This document shows positions 25,700-41,799 of a stretch of DNA of 64,000 bases, piece by piece. Positions within the stretch are counted from its first letter, which is position 1, and each line of letters starts with the position of its first letter. The stretch comes from Eledone cirrhosa (Eukaryota), in contig OZ024755.1 in the NCBI GenBank assembly GCA_964016885.1, positions 15,686,001 through 15,750,000 of the forward strand, given 5' to 3'. The position numbers were made by a program, and so were the translations under genes. The notes under the pieces were generated by a model. The model was not told the DNA's origin. It ran no database searches and saw nothing but the letters and a program-made list of their open reading frames with translations.

Positions 25700-27550
25700 T
25701 GCTTTGCACTGTATCAATCTTACTAATTATATAAAGGAAAATTTATAAGGAAATCCAACACAGGAACATGAGAACAATACAGCTCGGTGATGGGATCTTA
25801 GTTTAATGCTTTGTTTTGTTAAAAAATAGACGTTATCTTCCGGACGCTAGTCCTTCGTCGAAAGATAGAAAAAGGCGAAGTCATGATATTTTAGAGGGAA
25901 AATAAAAAGAAGACAGACGAGAGCAAAAACAAAACTATGGGGACAAACGTTACAGAGCAGAAAAAGTACGTATTGTTAGACAGTCATCTTGGAGGCGCTT
26001 ACAAACATTTCAGAGCATGTTAGTACATGTTATAATAGTTTTAGAACTCTACCCAAACCAAATACATCAGAACATTTACGATTCAGCAGAATTCTTTTAA
26101 AATTCTTTTCCCTGGGTGTTTCTAACCTATTCCAACAATTAGCAACCACCTTTCTTATCAGATTCTTCAATATACACACTGATTCATTTATGCGACACAC
26201 TCTTGTATTATTTTTAGGTTGTTGGTAGTTATGAAAGAAAACCAGTACGGTTTTATTGTTCTGTGTCATTATATCTGTAATACTGTTTGTTATTAAAGAT
26301 TAATTTACTGAACCAAAATACACTGAACTATTTCATAAGTTGTTGTACCTTTATGAACCAATACAACATTCTCTGGTGTATGTTTCATGTAATTGATTGA
26401 GCTCTCGTTTTGCTTTTTGTTATTTTTACTCATTCAAATTCTTCGATTTTGGTAAAAGATTACAGTGTAATCCAGTGCAATCCTATTAGGCAAGAAATGG
26501 AAATTATGAATCAATTCTAGCATTTGTTTCTATGTAAAGCTTACCTTTGATGATCAATAATTTAGGATGCAATCAAACCATGGTAGAAACCATTCTCTAT
26601 AATGTTTAAATATTGCTTTCGGGCAATAGTTTGTACAGAATGGAGTGCCAAGTCAATCAGCTTACAGATATTAACATTCAAGTCCTTCATTATTAAACTT
26701 AAATGGGTTTCTTTAATCTCCATTTTAGCCTGTACAAACCTGTATAAATCAGATGGATGTGATCAACTTGTCATGTGATGAGTTTTGTACATGTTTATAT
26801 TACTTATCCGATTTCACATCGAAGTGCCAGAATATTTCCCAATGGACGTAGACGCTGTGACTCAATTGCATCAATCACTATTATCGAACTTAGAAAAGCC
26901 TAGGCTGCATAAGATAATGTGGTCAAACCATCTCATTTTACTAGTTGTATGGTGTGCATTGGATATTAGCAACGTTTTTCAATATTTTATTATTGTGCGT
27001 ATGCTGTGGTCTCCTGCAGTTAAAAGCGGTCCTTCTGCTTCTGTTTTTTTTTTACTTTGAAGTTTGAGGACATTGTTACTTTGCTTTCTGGCTTAGTTCC
27101 TATCTGTCTAGTTTGTATGTGTTCCCAGTTGAATGTTTCCTTGAGAACGACTGTAGTTTTTATCAAACCTTTAGATTTTATTAACTTTATTTTTGTTTCA
27201 ATTAGCTTTCTTATGTTGTGACTTCTGTCGTATATTTACTGTTTTTGGAGGTTCGTTTATATCCAAAGTTGTCTCTGTTGTGTTGTTTTATTTCTTCTGT
27301 CGAGTTTTATACTTTGTATGAACTGGGTTCTATTGTTTTTTATATAGGTTATCTAGGGTTTCTTATATATATTTTCAATGCGAGTATTTTCAAGTTGTTC
27401 TATTCCGATGTTTTAAATTTTGTTATCATTTATTACAAATTTCAATATTTTTCAAGAGAGCTCGTATTAATCATTCCGCCCTCACTCCTTCACATTTTCT
27501 CTACAATGCACTCATGTGTTTTATAGTGCTCACGTAAGTTGTATATAGTG
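25700..27550 (-). pseudogene. Decayed Penelope-like retroelement (RT, thumb, CxxC) with a degenerate hammerhead near its 3' end
   Basis: Minus-strand motifs in PLE order: GTPFCTNY (B'), FPFL (E), VIFYQ, FITTNNLK, EKNFKRILL, C-x-x-C-like; relic TCGACGA-a-gga ctagcg tcc-GGAA at about 25835-25862. Confidence 0.6.
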
Positions 27551-28099
27551 TTGATGTGTAGTAGGTAAGAAACACTTCGAAACAGGCTTCATTTGCCTGA
27601 CATTCTATTTTAATTTTGTATTTATTTTGAACATTAAATTATAATATATGACTGGCTTTTCTGTTCGGAGAGTGACAACCTTATCAACCGTGAGTTACCT
27701 TAATTTCGTATAGTATTCACACTAAACCCTCGCTACGAAATTCATTATACGTCTGGTCTCGCTGGGTCTTTGTTTATTTTACTGCTTTCTTTTTGCTGAT
27801 ATTTTTATCTACACATATAGTTGATTACCTTTTAAATAAGCAGTGGTTTTATCTTAAATTCGTTTCAATTTACTTGCTTGTATTGAACAATTCATTTTCT
27901 TTATCTTTTGTTTGTATTCAAACGAGTCTTTTGTTTTCTGTTGTTTGTCTCTTCTAGTGTTCGATTAGTTCCTTCTTTCGGAAGTGCGTGATCTCTTTAA
28001 AAATATATTTTGTAGTATTATTTTTTTTTTTCGTTACTCTTATGTTGTTATTCCCTAATCTCACTGTTACCTGTGTCTTAGATACATGCAGTATTTGGT

Positions 28100-28700
28100 T
28101 TTATTTTTATGTGTTATGTTGTTTCGATATTGCACTATATAATGTCTGTGTGCAGTGCCTAGTTGTGCTATTTTCTCTAAGTCTATATATGTAAGTCCTG
28201 AGAGTTTCGTTATATATTTTTCTGCAACTGTTTATCGTTCCCAATGCACCTATTATCATTGATATTATTTCTGTTTCCAAGCTCTGCATTCTGGTTTTCA
28301 TAGAAAAGTTTTAACTGCTAAAGATTTCATATCACTTTTATTTCCTTCACGTCACAAGACTTCAAGTAAAAATTGCTTTCCTTATTATACTGACAATTAA
28401 GATTTCAAAGGAGCTTTTTGCATATGTATTTGATTGAACCTCTTAAGGTAGTTATTTAGATTGCATTAGAAGTTGCAACTAAGGGTGCGTGCTTCAAGAG
28501 AGCTTTCAAAGCTGAATATTTAATGCCTTTTGTGTCATCTTTATGTACTGTGGTTCAATTTTTTTGCTAAATGTTATTCTCTATATTCAGCAAATCAAAT
28601 TGTTAGATGAACGAATTTCTATTCTTGTTGTAGCATTTGGTACATTGCTGATCCTTTATGGCAGAAAGAAATGAGTCTACATACATTTTAAAACTAATTT
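28100..28700 (-). pseudogene. Decayed R4/Dong-like RLE LINE 3' part
   Basis: DQQCTKCY resembles QDQ.L.T.NY; RMQSLETEIISMIIGALGTI C-terminal motif. Confidence 0.6.
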
Positions 28701-28899
28701 GTATAGTTTAGGCAGAGGAGAACAAGTAACGTTCATGATAATTTTAAACATCTCTTAGGCTGGTAGGAGCAAGCGATAACATTATTCTCAGACGGGGAAC
28801 CTGGACCAAATAGTAACAATACATTAGACGGTGCTAAAGTCATCCACAAACCAGATAGTAGTGTTAAATCATGCGACAACTTAAGTATACACGGTAAGG

Positions 28900-29045
28900 A
28901 AACTTATCACTTTTCCGTCCATCAATTTCACTCTCGAAACTTTGGTCAACTCGAGGCTATGATAAAATGCACTTGTCCACGAAGTCGCACATAGGGGTTG
29001 CTAACTTCGTAGTTATGTAGATAATGTCTGAACCGCACTGCCATA
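28900..29045 (-). mobile_element. SINE family C (CORE-like, tRNA-derived)
   Basis: TTTCCGTCCATCAATTTCACTC...CTTTGGTCAACTCGAGGCTAT...ACTTG; related copies near 36850-37010, 42480-42565 and 56950-57120. Confidence 0.6.
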
Positions 29046-29708
29046 CTTTATGTATAGATGGCAGAAATGATTAAGGCTCATATTTTTTAACTTAAATCAT
29101 GACCATCGCTATTGCTACTTCATCGTGGTTCTCTTTCTTCCTATCAATCTATCTTTCAGAAGAAGGAGTTAAGTTCAAAACGTCAAAGAACATTCTATTT
29201 CCATCTCCAGAACATCAGCTTAATAACATTTGTTTACGTTGCAAGGTTTGCATCTCCCTCTCTCTCTAGCACAGACATACACACCCTCTCTAACATACAC
29301 AAACACACACACACACTCTCTCTCTCTCTCTCTCTAACATACACAAACACATACAGACTATGGTCGATTATATTCACTATACATTTCTCTTCAATGTTGA
29401 GCCAATATAAAGTAAAAATAATAATTAATATATCAATAAACTATTATTATTTATATTTAAAAATAATTATTAATATATACGTGACATTTTTACATTTTGT
29501 TTCCGTTGCCAATAACCAGGCTCCAGTAGAGATATAGTTTTATATTATTATTATTATTGTTGTTATTGTTATTTTTATTGTTATATATGTTTCTTTTTAT
29601 TATTCCCCCACCCCATTATTTAATATAACCTCAGTTTGTGTTGTTTTTGTTGTGTTTTTGTGTTGAGTGTCCTCAACGTCAGGCGCCCTTGTGGCCAGTA
29701 AATAAATC

Positions 29709-29743
<35 letters not shown>

Positions 29744-30071
29744 CAGCAGCAGTAGCAGTAGCAGTGCTAGTAGTAATGGAGTAGGATGCAGCAGTCTGAA
29801 ATATTGTATTCCAGACTAATTTGTCACTGAGATACGTCCATGTTTAATGATATCGGTTGGCCATATATAGGATTACGTCCGGTATAATACTGGTTGGTGT
29901 AGGACAGAAAAAGTAAAAGCAACAACGTGATTTACATTATTGATGATTTCAGCAAGCCAAAGCTGAATATTTTTAATGTCACTGACGAGACTAAATAGCA
30001 GCTGGATTGATAGATCGCCAGCTCTGAATAAGATTAAACTGGTATTTTCATAGATTTTATATATTTAATAA

Positions 30072-30077
<6 letters not shown>

Positions 30078-30152
<75 letters not shown>

Positions 30153-30331
30153 TATATATATATAGAGAGAGAAAGAGATATAGATGTAGATATAGATGTA
30201 CATATATATATAAATATATACACATATATATATACATATATATATATATATACGCACACACACACACACATATATATATATATACATGTACATATATATA
30301 TATATATATACATAAACATATATATATATAT

Positions 30332-30386
<55 letters not shown>

Positions 30387-30391
30387 CATAT

Positions 30392-30442
<51 letters not shown>

Positions 30443-30668
30443 TAAATACACACACATATATATATATTTATATATATATATTAGAAAGAAAATATGTATG
30501 TGTATATATATCATATATATATTATTTATATTATATATATATATACATACATATACATGCATGCATATATATATGTAAGTATGTATATATATTATATGCA
30601 TACATGCATATATATATGTGTGTGTCAGTGTGTGTCGGTGTGCTTCTGTGTGTGTGTGTGTGTGCATA
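30078..30668. repeat. (TA)n/(CA)n compound microsatellite
   Basis: Direct. Confidence 0.95.
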
Positions 30669-30830
30669 TATCTATATCGGGAAAGGAAGCAGAAATCTAT
30701 ATTTCAGCCGGATTTTTTATCAGAGAGGAAACAAATAGCTGCAAGCTGTATTTTAAATGAATCGACTTGTTGAGGTATAGCGATATAGCAAGAACATATG
30801 TTTTAAACAGAAGTGTGACTATACAGAGGT

Positions 30831-31045
30831 TTAAACCTTTGATATCAAAGCGCCTGAAACCACTCCTCTTTTTATGATACGAAACTCATTGTTTTACACT
30901 GTATATATTTCTCCAAAAACCTTATTCCAATCACAAAAATGTAAGACTGTTAAATATTTTAATAAATCCTATCATATATCTGATTATTTCTGATTATTTC
31001 CGTTAGAAGTAAAGTTACAAAAACGGAAATGACCCCAAGGTAAAA
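30831..31045. mobile_element. piggyBac-like MITE
   Basis: TTAAACCTTTGATATCAAA start is the reverse complement of the end at 21726. Confidence 0.45.
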
Positions 31046-31134
31046 TAAATTGACTTTCGTTGGTTTCAACGAAGAGTATTACGATTGTTTGGTCAACAGA
31101 ACATTCTAGAGTTCCCACCAACCCTAATAATAAT

Positions 31135-31435
31135 GATTTCTGAATTAGGCACAAGGCCAACAATTTTTGAGGAGAGGAAAGTCGATTAAATCGACCCCAG
31201 TGCGTGACTGGTACTTTATTTTATCGACCTCGTAAGGATGAAAAGCAAAGCTAACCTTATTACTATAATACAAAGCATTTCTCAATTGTTTTACATACTT
31301 CATTATTATATGATACAGTTTGCCTTTCATCCTTACGAGGTCGATAAAATAAAACACCTGTAATGTACAGGGATCGATTTAATTGACTGTGTCCTCCCTA
31401 AAAAAAATAATGTTGGCCTTCTGCTAAATCATAAA
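31135..31435. mobile_element. Two truncated SINE A copies in opposite orientation (31135-31258 minus, 31318-31435 plus)
   Basis: TTTATTTTATCGACCTCGTAAGGATGAAA and its reverse complement about 80 bp apart. Confidence 0.8.
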
Positions 31436-32126
31436 TCTTTATATGATACAGTAGCTGCAGGACAGCCGAATGGATCAGGAGTTCGCTCCACAATCATTAG
31501 GTCCCGAGTTGGATCTCCGTATGGGCATCTTGGACATGTGTCATTACAAGTGTCATCTTTTCAGTGAACCCAGGCCTAATGAAAGAAATTGGATAGGTAG
31601 CCGGAAGCTATTAAGAATCTCGTTTATTGACTATACCAGTAATTCAAAGGGACCAGTGGGTTCTGTCTGAGAAATACGTTATGGCTACACGTGTCTCTGG
31701 AATACACAGTTGCTTACACGTCAATTTTATGAGCAAGCTCGGCTGTTCCATTTTCCAGCTGGAAAACTCAACCTGGAAAGCGACGGAGGCCAATCGACTT
31801 TATTACAAAAAGAAAAGGCAAAAGACAAAATAAAATTCAAAACGGTTTAACATATATAGAAGACCATTATAATGGAATACAGACGCGATAAAGCTGGCAG
31901 TGAATGCAGACAGAACTTGCATGTGATGCTGTTGCTCATCATCATAAGATTATTTGGCACTGGATGTTTGTACGTAGACATAAATGCGTAAGAGCATTCA
32001 GGTGTGTTTGTGTGTGTCACTGTTTCTGTGTGTGTAAATGTGTATTTGTGTGGAGATTATTCGTATGGAAAAACATTGACATATATAGAGGCATATATGT
32101 ATAAATATATATGCGTCGATATATAT

Positions 32127-32159
<33 letters not shown>

Positions 32160-32563
32160 TAAATATATATATATATATATATGCCTACCTATATATGCAT
32201 ATATATATATATATACATGATGTGTGTATGTGTATATATAATATGTTCGTACATATCGTACATACATGTGCATTCCATACATATATACACACACCACACA
32301 CATAGACAGAAACACACACGCATGTAGATACACACAGACATATATCAGAAGGCAAGATAAGAGCTAAGATTGTTAAACATCAAAAGATAACGCGAGGCAT
32401 CCATTACAAGCGTAAGTCATCACTTGGACAACGCTATCAAGAAATCATTAAAATCACATACGACAAGCAAAACTACAAATTATTCCTCTAAATCACCATT
32501 CGATGTAAAGCGTTTGAAACGATACTTAAAAACATCCACAGAATATTAGCAAAATACACACAC

Positions 32564-32597
<34 letters not shown>

Positions 32598-32600
<3 letters not shown>

Positions 32601-32788
32601 GAGGGTGGATTAAAAAGTTCATAGGTTGACTATGAAAGAGTGATGATAGAGTAGGGAAATCTCGCATGTATTTATTTCAACTCTTCTTATTAATAACTGC
32701 ATTGTTTCTTTCCAATAAATAAATCGCATTTGGTCATTCCATGAGACTATCTTAGTCATCCTGACGAACCTTTCAGCCGACCCTCGTA
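32598..32788. mobile_element. Tc1/mariner-type MITE
   Basis: TA-CGAGGGT...ACCCTCG-TA TIRs with TA duplication. Confidence 0.85.
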
Positions 32789-32812
32789 TATTATATATAT
32801 ATATATATATAC

Positions 32813-32882
32813 GTAAATATTTTTTATTTTATAGAAGGGGCTTCTACAGGACTAGTACTGTTTCATTCAGATGAAATCTTCA
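32813..32882 (-). mobile_element. Short copy of hammerhead family P3 in (TA)n
   Basis: Near-identical to 17436-17505; ends inside CTGAAGA. Confidence 0.85.
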
Positions 32883-33324
32883 TATATATATGTGTGTGTG
32901 TGTGTGTTTACATATAAATTAAAGACAAAGTACTAAATATATATTTTTTTAAATTTAGGTAGGGGTGGGGAGTTGATGATTCATTCTAACACTACTCTGA
33001 ATAGTGAGAGAATATCGTGTGTGGCGGCTGGTGGGGGAGGATTTCACAATGATATCAGGTACATACTGTAAATCATATATCTAATATGAAGATATTATAG
33101 TGTGATGTTGTATGGTGATATTGTAGTATACGTTTGGGCACCATTCCGCTACAAAAAAAAAATTGTTTTCGGAATACAGAATTCGTGTTGTTTTCCGTTT
33201 TTTTTTTTTTTTTGTACACCTCTTACTGTGTTACAACGTTGGTTCTATAGGTTTGACTCTATTTTCAACATTTTTATTGATTAATCATAGGTTTTATTAT
33301 TTGTGTGTTGTCATTATGTTTTCC

Positions 33325-33482
33325 ATGGTTACATCCCTTTACGTTCTGAGTTCAAATTCCACCAAGTTTAGCTTTGCCTTTCATCCTTACGAGGTCGATA
33401 AAATAAAGTAGCAGTAATGTACTTTTATTCGACTTTTCCCCTTCTCGTCAAATTGGTGACCGTGTACCTAAATCAGAAACTA
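33325..33482 (+). mobile_element. SINE family A, truncated
   Basis: B box and core. Confidence 0.8.
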
Positions 33483-33495
33483 TGATGTGTTCATG

Positions 33496-33660
<165 letters not shown>

Positions 33661-34288
33661 ACACACTTTCTATCCTTCTCTGGTACAATCCTGGTGTGTT
33701 CAGACATGGAGAAGGATGGGCTCCGCTAGTCTTAGCATGCTCTAGAAACGCCGTATGCCACTACGGCACCCTTACGACTCCAATCAGAACCTATGGCACA
33801 ATACCATACCATACAATACCACACCATACATATGTATGGTGCGAGGAAATTTGATCAAAAAAGAGTCGAAGTTAACTTTGGTTGGATACCAACTGATATA
33901 GTTAAGCAACGTAACTAAACACCGCAGAATGGTTTACCCTCAACTACAACCATATTGGCAGCCATATCTTTCACGAAGATAAGATAAGATAAGATAAGAT
34001 AGATAGATAGATTCTTTATAGATAGATAGATAGATAAAGAAATAAAACAATAAATAGAGAATGAGAAGAGAGAGGGGATAATAAGGAATTTGATGTTTCA
34101 TATCACCATGAATATCTTAAAGAAACAATATTGCTAGTGTGTGAAAATATTTTCAGTGCATTTCCCTTTGTATGTAACTGATTTCATATTTAACATAACA
34201 CTTTCATGTGCAAATTACGGTATTTTGTTTTGTTCGCTATCAATAAATTATATACGTGTGCATGTAATATATAAATATACATACGGGA

Positions 34289-34708
<420 letters not shown>

Positions 34709-35154
34709 TATAGATAGATATAGTGGCGGTGGTAGTATGGTCGTATACGTGTGAGAACTCAGTTTTGAATATCAACATAGAAAACGAACTTCACAAAATT
34801 TAAGTTATTCGCTATGGATGAGAATAACATTATTAACAACATTTTTACTTTAAACATTCAAAACAAATATTCTAAGCATATTTCATGTGCCTATATTTGC
34901 AATTTTTATTCCCTTATCCTTTTAAGATTGTCATCGTTAAAATGTATCTCGTGAAACTCCTACAATCAAACATACAGGTAAAGAACCCCTTTTTTAGCAT
35001 TTACATATATTCTTTACTTTTAAAAGAAAATGGTAATCAAATTTTAAGAACTCTGAATTGCATACATTCAGAAATATATATGCTAAATGTCACATGTGAG
35101 AACAAAAATGAAACGAAATTCGTATTTTGAAAGAATCACTGTTACGTACAAATG

Positions 35155-35500
35155 AAGAATTGGGAGAGTCGTTAGAATGTCGGATAGGCAGCTTTGCAGT
35201 ATTTGTTTCGGCTATCTGTTCTCTGAGTTCAAATCCCGTCGAGATCAACTCGGCATTTTTCATCCAGGCATTTTTCATCCATTCAAAGCCGATAAAAAAA
35301 TTAACAGTCTATTACTGGGGTAGATTCTTCCTTTATATCTCTTTCTCACTTCCATCCTTTCACTCTATTCTCTGGAAGAATTCTGCTGAATTCAGACCTG
35401 GAAAGGATTGGGCTCCACCAGGTTTTTACATGTCCTAGAAACGTCGTATGTCAATACGACATCCCTATGTCTCCCTCAGGAGTTACAGGACCATGCATGC
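35155..35500 (+). mobile_element. SINE family A'
   Basis: B box GAGTTCAAATCC; tail matches 20860-20950. Confidence 0.75.
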
Positions 35501-35681
35501 ATTTAGATAAGAGTTATCCTCTAGCTGAAGAATAGCAGGATTAGCCAAAACCAGACTTCGCCTTACAATCGCTGTTCTGTTACTTAAACCATTTGTCGAT
35601 TACTTAGTGTTATCATTCTTAAATTTCATTACACTTCCAAACAATGCCATTCATTATTTTAAACAAAACACTAAGAATAAA

Positions 35682-35780
35682 ATAATTGTTTCTACGTTAG
35701 GCACAAGGCCACCAATTACCCAGTGTATTACTGGTACTTTATTGTATCGACCCTGTAAGGATGAAAGGCAAAGTTAACCT
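35682..35780 (-). mobile_element. 5'-truncated young SINE A with 16-bp TSD
   Basis: ctaagaataaaataat at 35671-35686 and 35781-35796. Confidence 0.9.
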
Positions 35781-36058
35781 CTAAGAATAAAATAATGAAA
35801 CATGAACTAACATCAAATGCAAACTATGAATCAAATTAAAGTCAATTTCTTGATCAAGACACTTAATGGTTCCAGGATACAACACTAATGATGTGTCAAA
35901 TAAGCTGCATCCGTAGATATATATTAAAGATCTGGAAATTGTCTCGCATTTCGTTTGAATCACTAGAATTTACCGCAAGCTTTTAATTTTACTTCTCTAG
36001 CGAAAAAATATTCAATTCTTCATTAGGTAGATTACCATTTACCTATATAAATGTCTGC

Positions 36059-36114
<56 letters not shown>

Positions 36115-36173
36115 CATGCAGGTACATACGAACTAATGAAGACAGATAAGGTATGCTGAATGTACTAATGGAA

Positions 36174-36224
36174 CTACTACTACTACTATAATAATAATAA
36201 TAATAATGATAATAATGATAATAC

Positions 36225-36299
<75 letters not shown>

Positions 36300-36300
36300 A
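36174..36300. repeat. (CTA)n-(TAA)n-(GTA)n trinucleotide array
   Basis: Direct. Confidence 0.9.
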
Positions 36301-36534
36301 CAGCAGCAACAACAGCCATTAGCCTCATTGTATTTCGTTATATTTTGTCGCTACCTGCAGGCAGTGATATTTACTAGATGCAGTGTAGAGAATTAGAAGC
36401 AACCAGTGCAGCATCACGATGAATGTATTTCTAGCGTTTGGTGTCGTCCATCTTAGCTTGAGTCCGACTATCAGAGGATTTTGAAGTTTCTACATCACGG
36501 GGGAGATACATTAAATATCAATAATAGCATAAAT

Positions 36535-37487
36535 GGACCTCTGTTGCTTTACAGAACAGCCTGCTCGTTAAATTATAGAGTAAAATTACTGAGCATCCAC
36601 CGGACGTGTGCATCCTTCATATAATTATCAGTGAGATTTGAAATGGTCTTCCATCTGTTTCGACGATGAGTGTTCCAGTTTTTTTTTTTGTTTTTTATTT
36701 TTTATCAACTGAACTGTCTGCTCTTGATATTAACGTGTAATTAGCTGAGTGTTCCACAGACACGTGTATCCTTAACGTAATTCTCAGGGAGATTCAGTGT
36801 GATGCAGTGATTGACAAGGCTGGTCCTTTGTAATCCATGTGCAGTCCATCTGACAGGCTTCCAAACTGTCTCCGTCTATCCAATTTCACTTTAAAGGCTT
36901 GGATCAATCGGAGACTATGGTAAATGAAATATTCTCAAGATGCCAAATCGTAGGATCGAACCCGGGACCTAATGTTAATGAAGCAAACATCTTAAGTATT
37001 CGGACATGCTGCGTCCACTCAGTGATATACAACACTACACTATATGACAAGGCACACTCTACCTGATAGGCATTTGTGTAATTCTTTTATTATTTTACCT
37101 TTTTCAGTCATTTGAGTGCAGCCATGCTTGGGCACTACCTTGATTTAGTCCTTGATCAACTCTAGTAAATATTTTATCATGCTTGTTACTTATTTTATCG
37201 GTCTCGTTTTGCCGAAACACAGACAGATAAAAAATTTAAAACTAACACGCATACACACACATATATTATACGACGGGCGTCTACAATTTTCGTCTACGAA
37301 ATTGCAGCATATATTTCGGGCCCTTTACGTTCTGAGTTCAAATTTAAAATGCTACGGGGTTAGCTGTGCCTTTTATCCTTCAAGGTCAATAAAATAAAGT
37401 ACCAGTAACGCACTGAGGTCGATTTAATCGACTTTCTTCTTCCCAAAAAAATTGTTGGCCTTGTGCCTAAATCAAAAACCATTATTT
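36535..37487. mobile_element. Nested SINE cluster (B, B, C, a further SINE, then A at about 37305-37487)
   Basis: Two copies of the family B body GAACAGCCTGCTCG...CCACAGACACGTG, then family C and A motifs. Confidence 0.65.
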
Positions 37488-38539
37488 TAAAGTGTCTAAT
37501 TGGATAACTTGGGATATCTATTCCGGCTTTTTACTATCTAAGTTCAGATTTCCCCCTGTCACTAGAAAAGTAACGACGCATCAGACCGGAGCTGTGACCC
37601 ACAGACTGTGAGCAATGCAAAATCCAATGGAAACATTGTTTTCTTTATCCGATCTAGCGATCGGCCCTTTTTCTTCCTTCCCACATTTTCAAACGAAAAG
37701 TTAAGTTTACAACGTCGGAGGGTGGTTTTTTACACCAAGGGAAATACAGTAGTTTATACGTATGATCTGTCTAACTGTTCACAAGCTCATATACGAGAAA
37801 AGCATGAACATCACACAATCTAGTTTTGTTTGTATTTTTTTTTTTTTTATTGTTTTTTTTTCCAATTAAACTTTTGAGACTATAAAAATAATCGATGTAT
37901 GTTCAGTTTGCGATTGCCAGACATCATGGCCTCCAAGTAGTTTCTGGTGAATAAGATAAAAAGGAAAATAGTAATGATAAAATAAAACCAAAAAAGAAAA
38001 AAAATACATCATCATATCCTTTCATTAGTTACTTGGTAACAGACGAACTTCGTGTGTGCGTTGTCAACCACGTAAAGTTTGCATCGGGAGGAGATGAGAT
38101 GGAGATGAGATGAGAAAGAAAAGAAGAAAGGAGGAAAGAAAGAAAAGAGAGGAAAATATAAAGAAAGAAATATAGATAGATAGAAAGATAGGAAAGCAAG
38201 ATAGATAGAGGAAAGAGAAAAGAAAAGAATGAAAAGAGAGGAAAAAAGAAGTAAAAAGAGGGTAGGAAAGAATGGAACTGGAAAGAAACAACTAAAAGGG
38301 AAAATGAAATATCGCCGGGAAAAAAGGAAAGAAAGAAACGAACTTAAAACGAAAAATCGAAAGATAGAGAGAATGAAAAAAAGACGTTTAAAGGCGGTTA
38401 GTTAGGGATGTTGGGTTGTGGCTTACTACGTGAAATAACACGCCTCCCTACGCCTCCCCACACCTGCCTACGCCTCTTCTCAACGATAAGAGAGTTACCA
38501 GCTTCCAGCGTTGCCAAGCAATGACCAACGTATTCCAAA

Positions 38540-39610
<1,071 letters not shown>

Positions 39611-40093
39611 ACGACACATTTCTGATGAGAGCGGTCTATTTGCCGAGTCCTAGCTGCGTTCTTTACTAAGCTTGTCGTTGTCCCATCTCAGAACAACTGC
39701 AACTGCCCTCATAGACGATAACTTGGATGCCATATCTCACTTCCAGCATTATGTTGTATATCTTTTGTTCATGTCTTTGTTTGTTGTTGCTGTCCGTGGT
39801 GGTCATGGTGGTAGTCGTGGTGTTGGTCGTTGTCATCGTCGTGGTCATGGTCGTGATGGTGATGATGATGGTGGTGGTCGGCGTAGTCATGGGTGTGGTG
39901 GTGGTGGTGGTGGTGGTGGTTGTGGTGGTCGTCGTGTTGAGAGGGTGTGGTGGGGGTGATAGTGATGATGTGGTAGTGCTGGTCATCGTTGTCATTGACT
40001 ATGTCATGGTGGTGGTGTTAGTGGTGTTGCCGCTCTCCACCATTACTACACACACTTTACATCCACTAAAAACAACATCACCACCACTACACA

Positions 40094-40286
40094 AATAATT
40101 GTTTCTACTTTTGGCACAAGGCCAGCAATTACCCAGTGCATTACTGGTACTTTATTTTATCGACCCCGTAAGGATGAAAGGCAAAGTTAACCTCGGCGGG
40201 ATTTGAACTCAGAATGGCAAGGGCCGTAACTCTATGCATCAAAGCATGGCATCCAACCCTCTACCGATACTGCCAATTCACCGCCC
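40094..40286 (-). mobile_element. Young full-length SINE A with TSD
   Basis: TSD tacacaaataat at 40088-40099 and 40287-40298; very similar to 11756-11940. Confidence 0.92.
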
Positions 40287-40673
40287 TACACAAATAATGA
40301 ACTTTAGACACTACCCTTTCTCTTCTTCAATAAAGCCTTGAACACTCCAAAATAAACCATATGAAAGTTAATCTGTTTCCAAGCTCATTGATATGTCCCA
40401 TTATAGCAGATATTGGTAGTAACAGATATTAAACTAAACATATCTCAGGCAGGATTCGAACCTAAACAGCTGACTCAGCATGATGTGAGCTTGCTTTCGT
40501 CTACTGTGTGGGGCTTGTATAATGATAATAAACCGAATTGACATAAATTGACTTGACATAAGTTCACAATGTTCAGTAAATATAATTAACTCGTGTATAA
40601 CTGAAACAAAAATCAATATTAGTTGCTATAATTCCCCAGTTCCTCCGCTGTTTTCCAACCTTATCTTGTAGTA

Positions 40674-40715
<42 letters not shown>

Positions 40716-40818
40716 TACATATATATACGCAAACATATATACATACATGTATATATAAATATATATATATGTATATATATATATATGTGTGCATACATAT
40801 ATATACACAAACATACAT

Positions 40819-40861
<43 letters not shown>

Positions 40862-41799
40862 TGATGAATACAGGGTCGTTTTACAGTAGAACCTATATTA
40901 TGTGACTTATGATGCAAGGTTGTAATAGTTTCTTAGATAATAGTCAGAGTCAGGAAAAGTTTCGCATGTTAAATGTTAATCGGATGTTGCCACAAGTATT
41001 TGAGGTTAATAATCGATATGTGTTCCTGAATACTATATTTGCTTGTCAGAAATGTTCAAAAGGCAACAGATCAAAGTTGTCTTTTGAGCATTTACATAAA
41101 CTTTAATTATTATATAGCACTAATGTTAAAATATTATTGACTAGTTAATATGCATAGACATACAATTTGATTTCATAATCTGGCAACAAACTAGTTTGAA
41201 CATGTGAATGATATTAGGTCTGATCTGACCTAATGCATATAATCACCACTACCATCAAAACTACCATGGACTTTACATCCAACAACACAACATGACAATG
41301 GACTTCACATATAACAACAACAATAATAATATCACTACCACAACTACACGGACATAACATTCGCTAACCACAATATGACAACGGTCTTTACATACGCTAA
41401 CAATAACGATAACATCACCTTCACTAATATTAACTTTACATCCAACAACACAGCATAACAACATCACCACCACATACAACAGCATCACCACCACATCCAC
41501 ACGGACTTCACATCCACTAACATCACCACCAATACCACTACTACTACATAAATTTTATCACCAAAGTTTTAGGTGAGGTCTCGGGTTTGCGGATACATTC
41601 TTCTCTCCATGAGCTCTGCTCTTAACTCTCTAATGAAACAATAAAAAAGAAGGATGTTAGATTATTACTAGAACTTATTTTGTGAATCCGGAAAAAAAAA
41701 TAACGGTGAAAGACCTCGATAGGATTTGAAAATGAAACACCACAAGTTATCTCCTGCGACCAATCAATTGTTTTGATAAACATACAATCACCTGGAACT

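Noticed and set aside
29935-29980. TTGATGA...GCTGAAT possible hammerhead
   Set aside because: U3-G8 and GAAT break the core; not in a TA island
39622-39650. CTGATGAG motif
   Set aside because: No stem II closed by GAAA downstream
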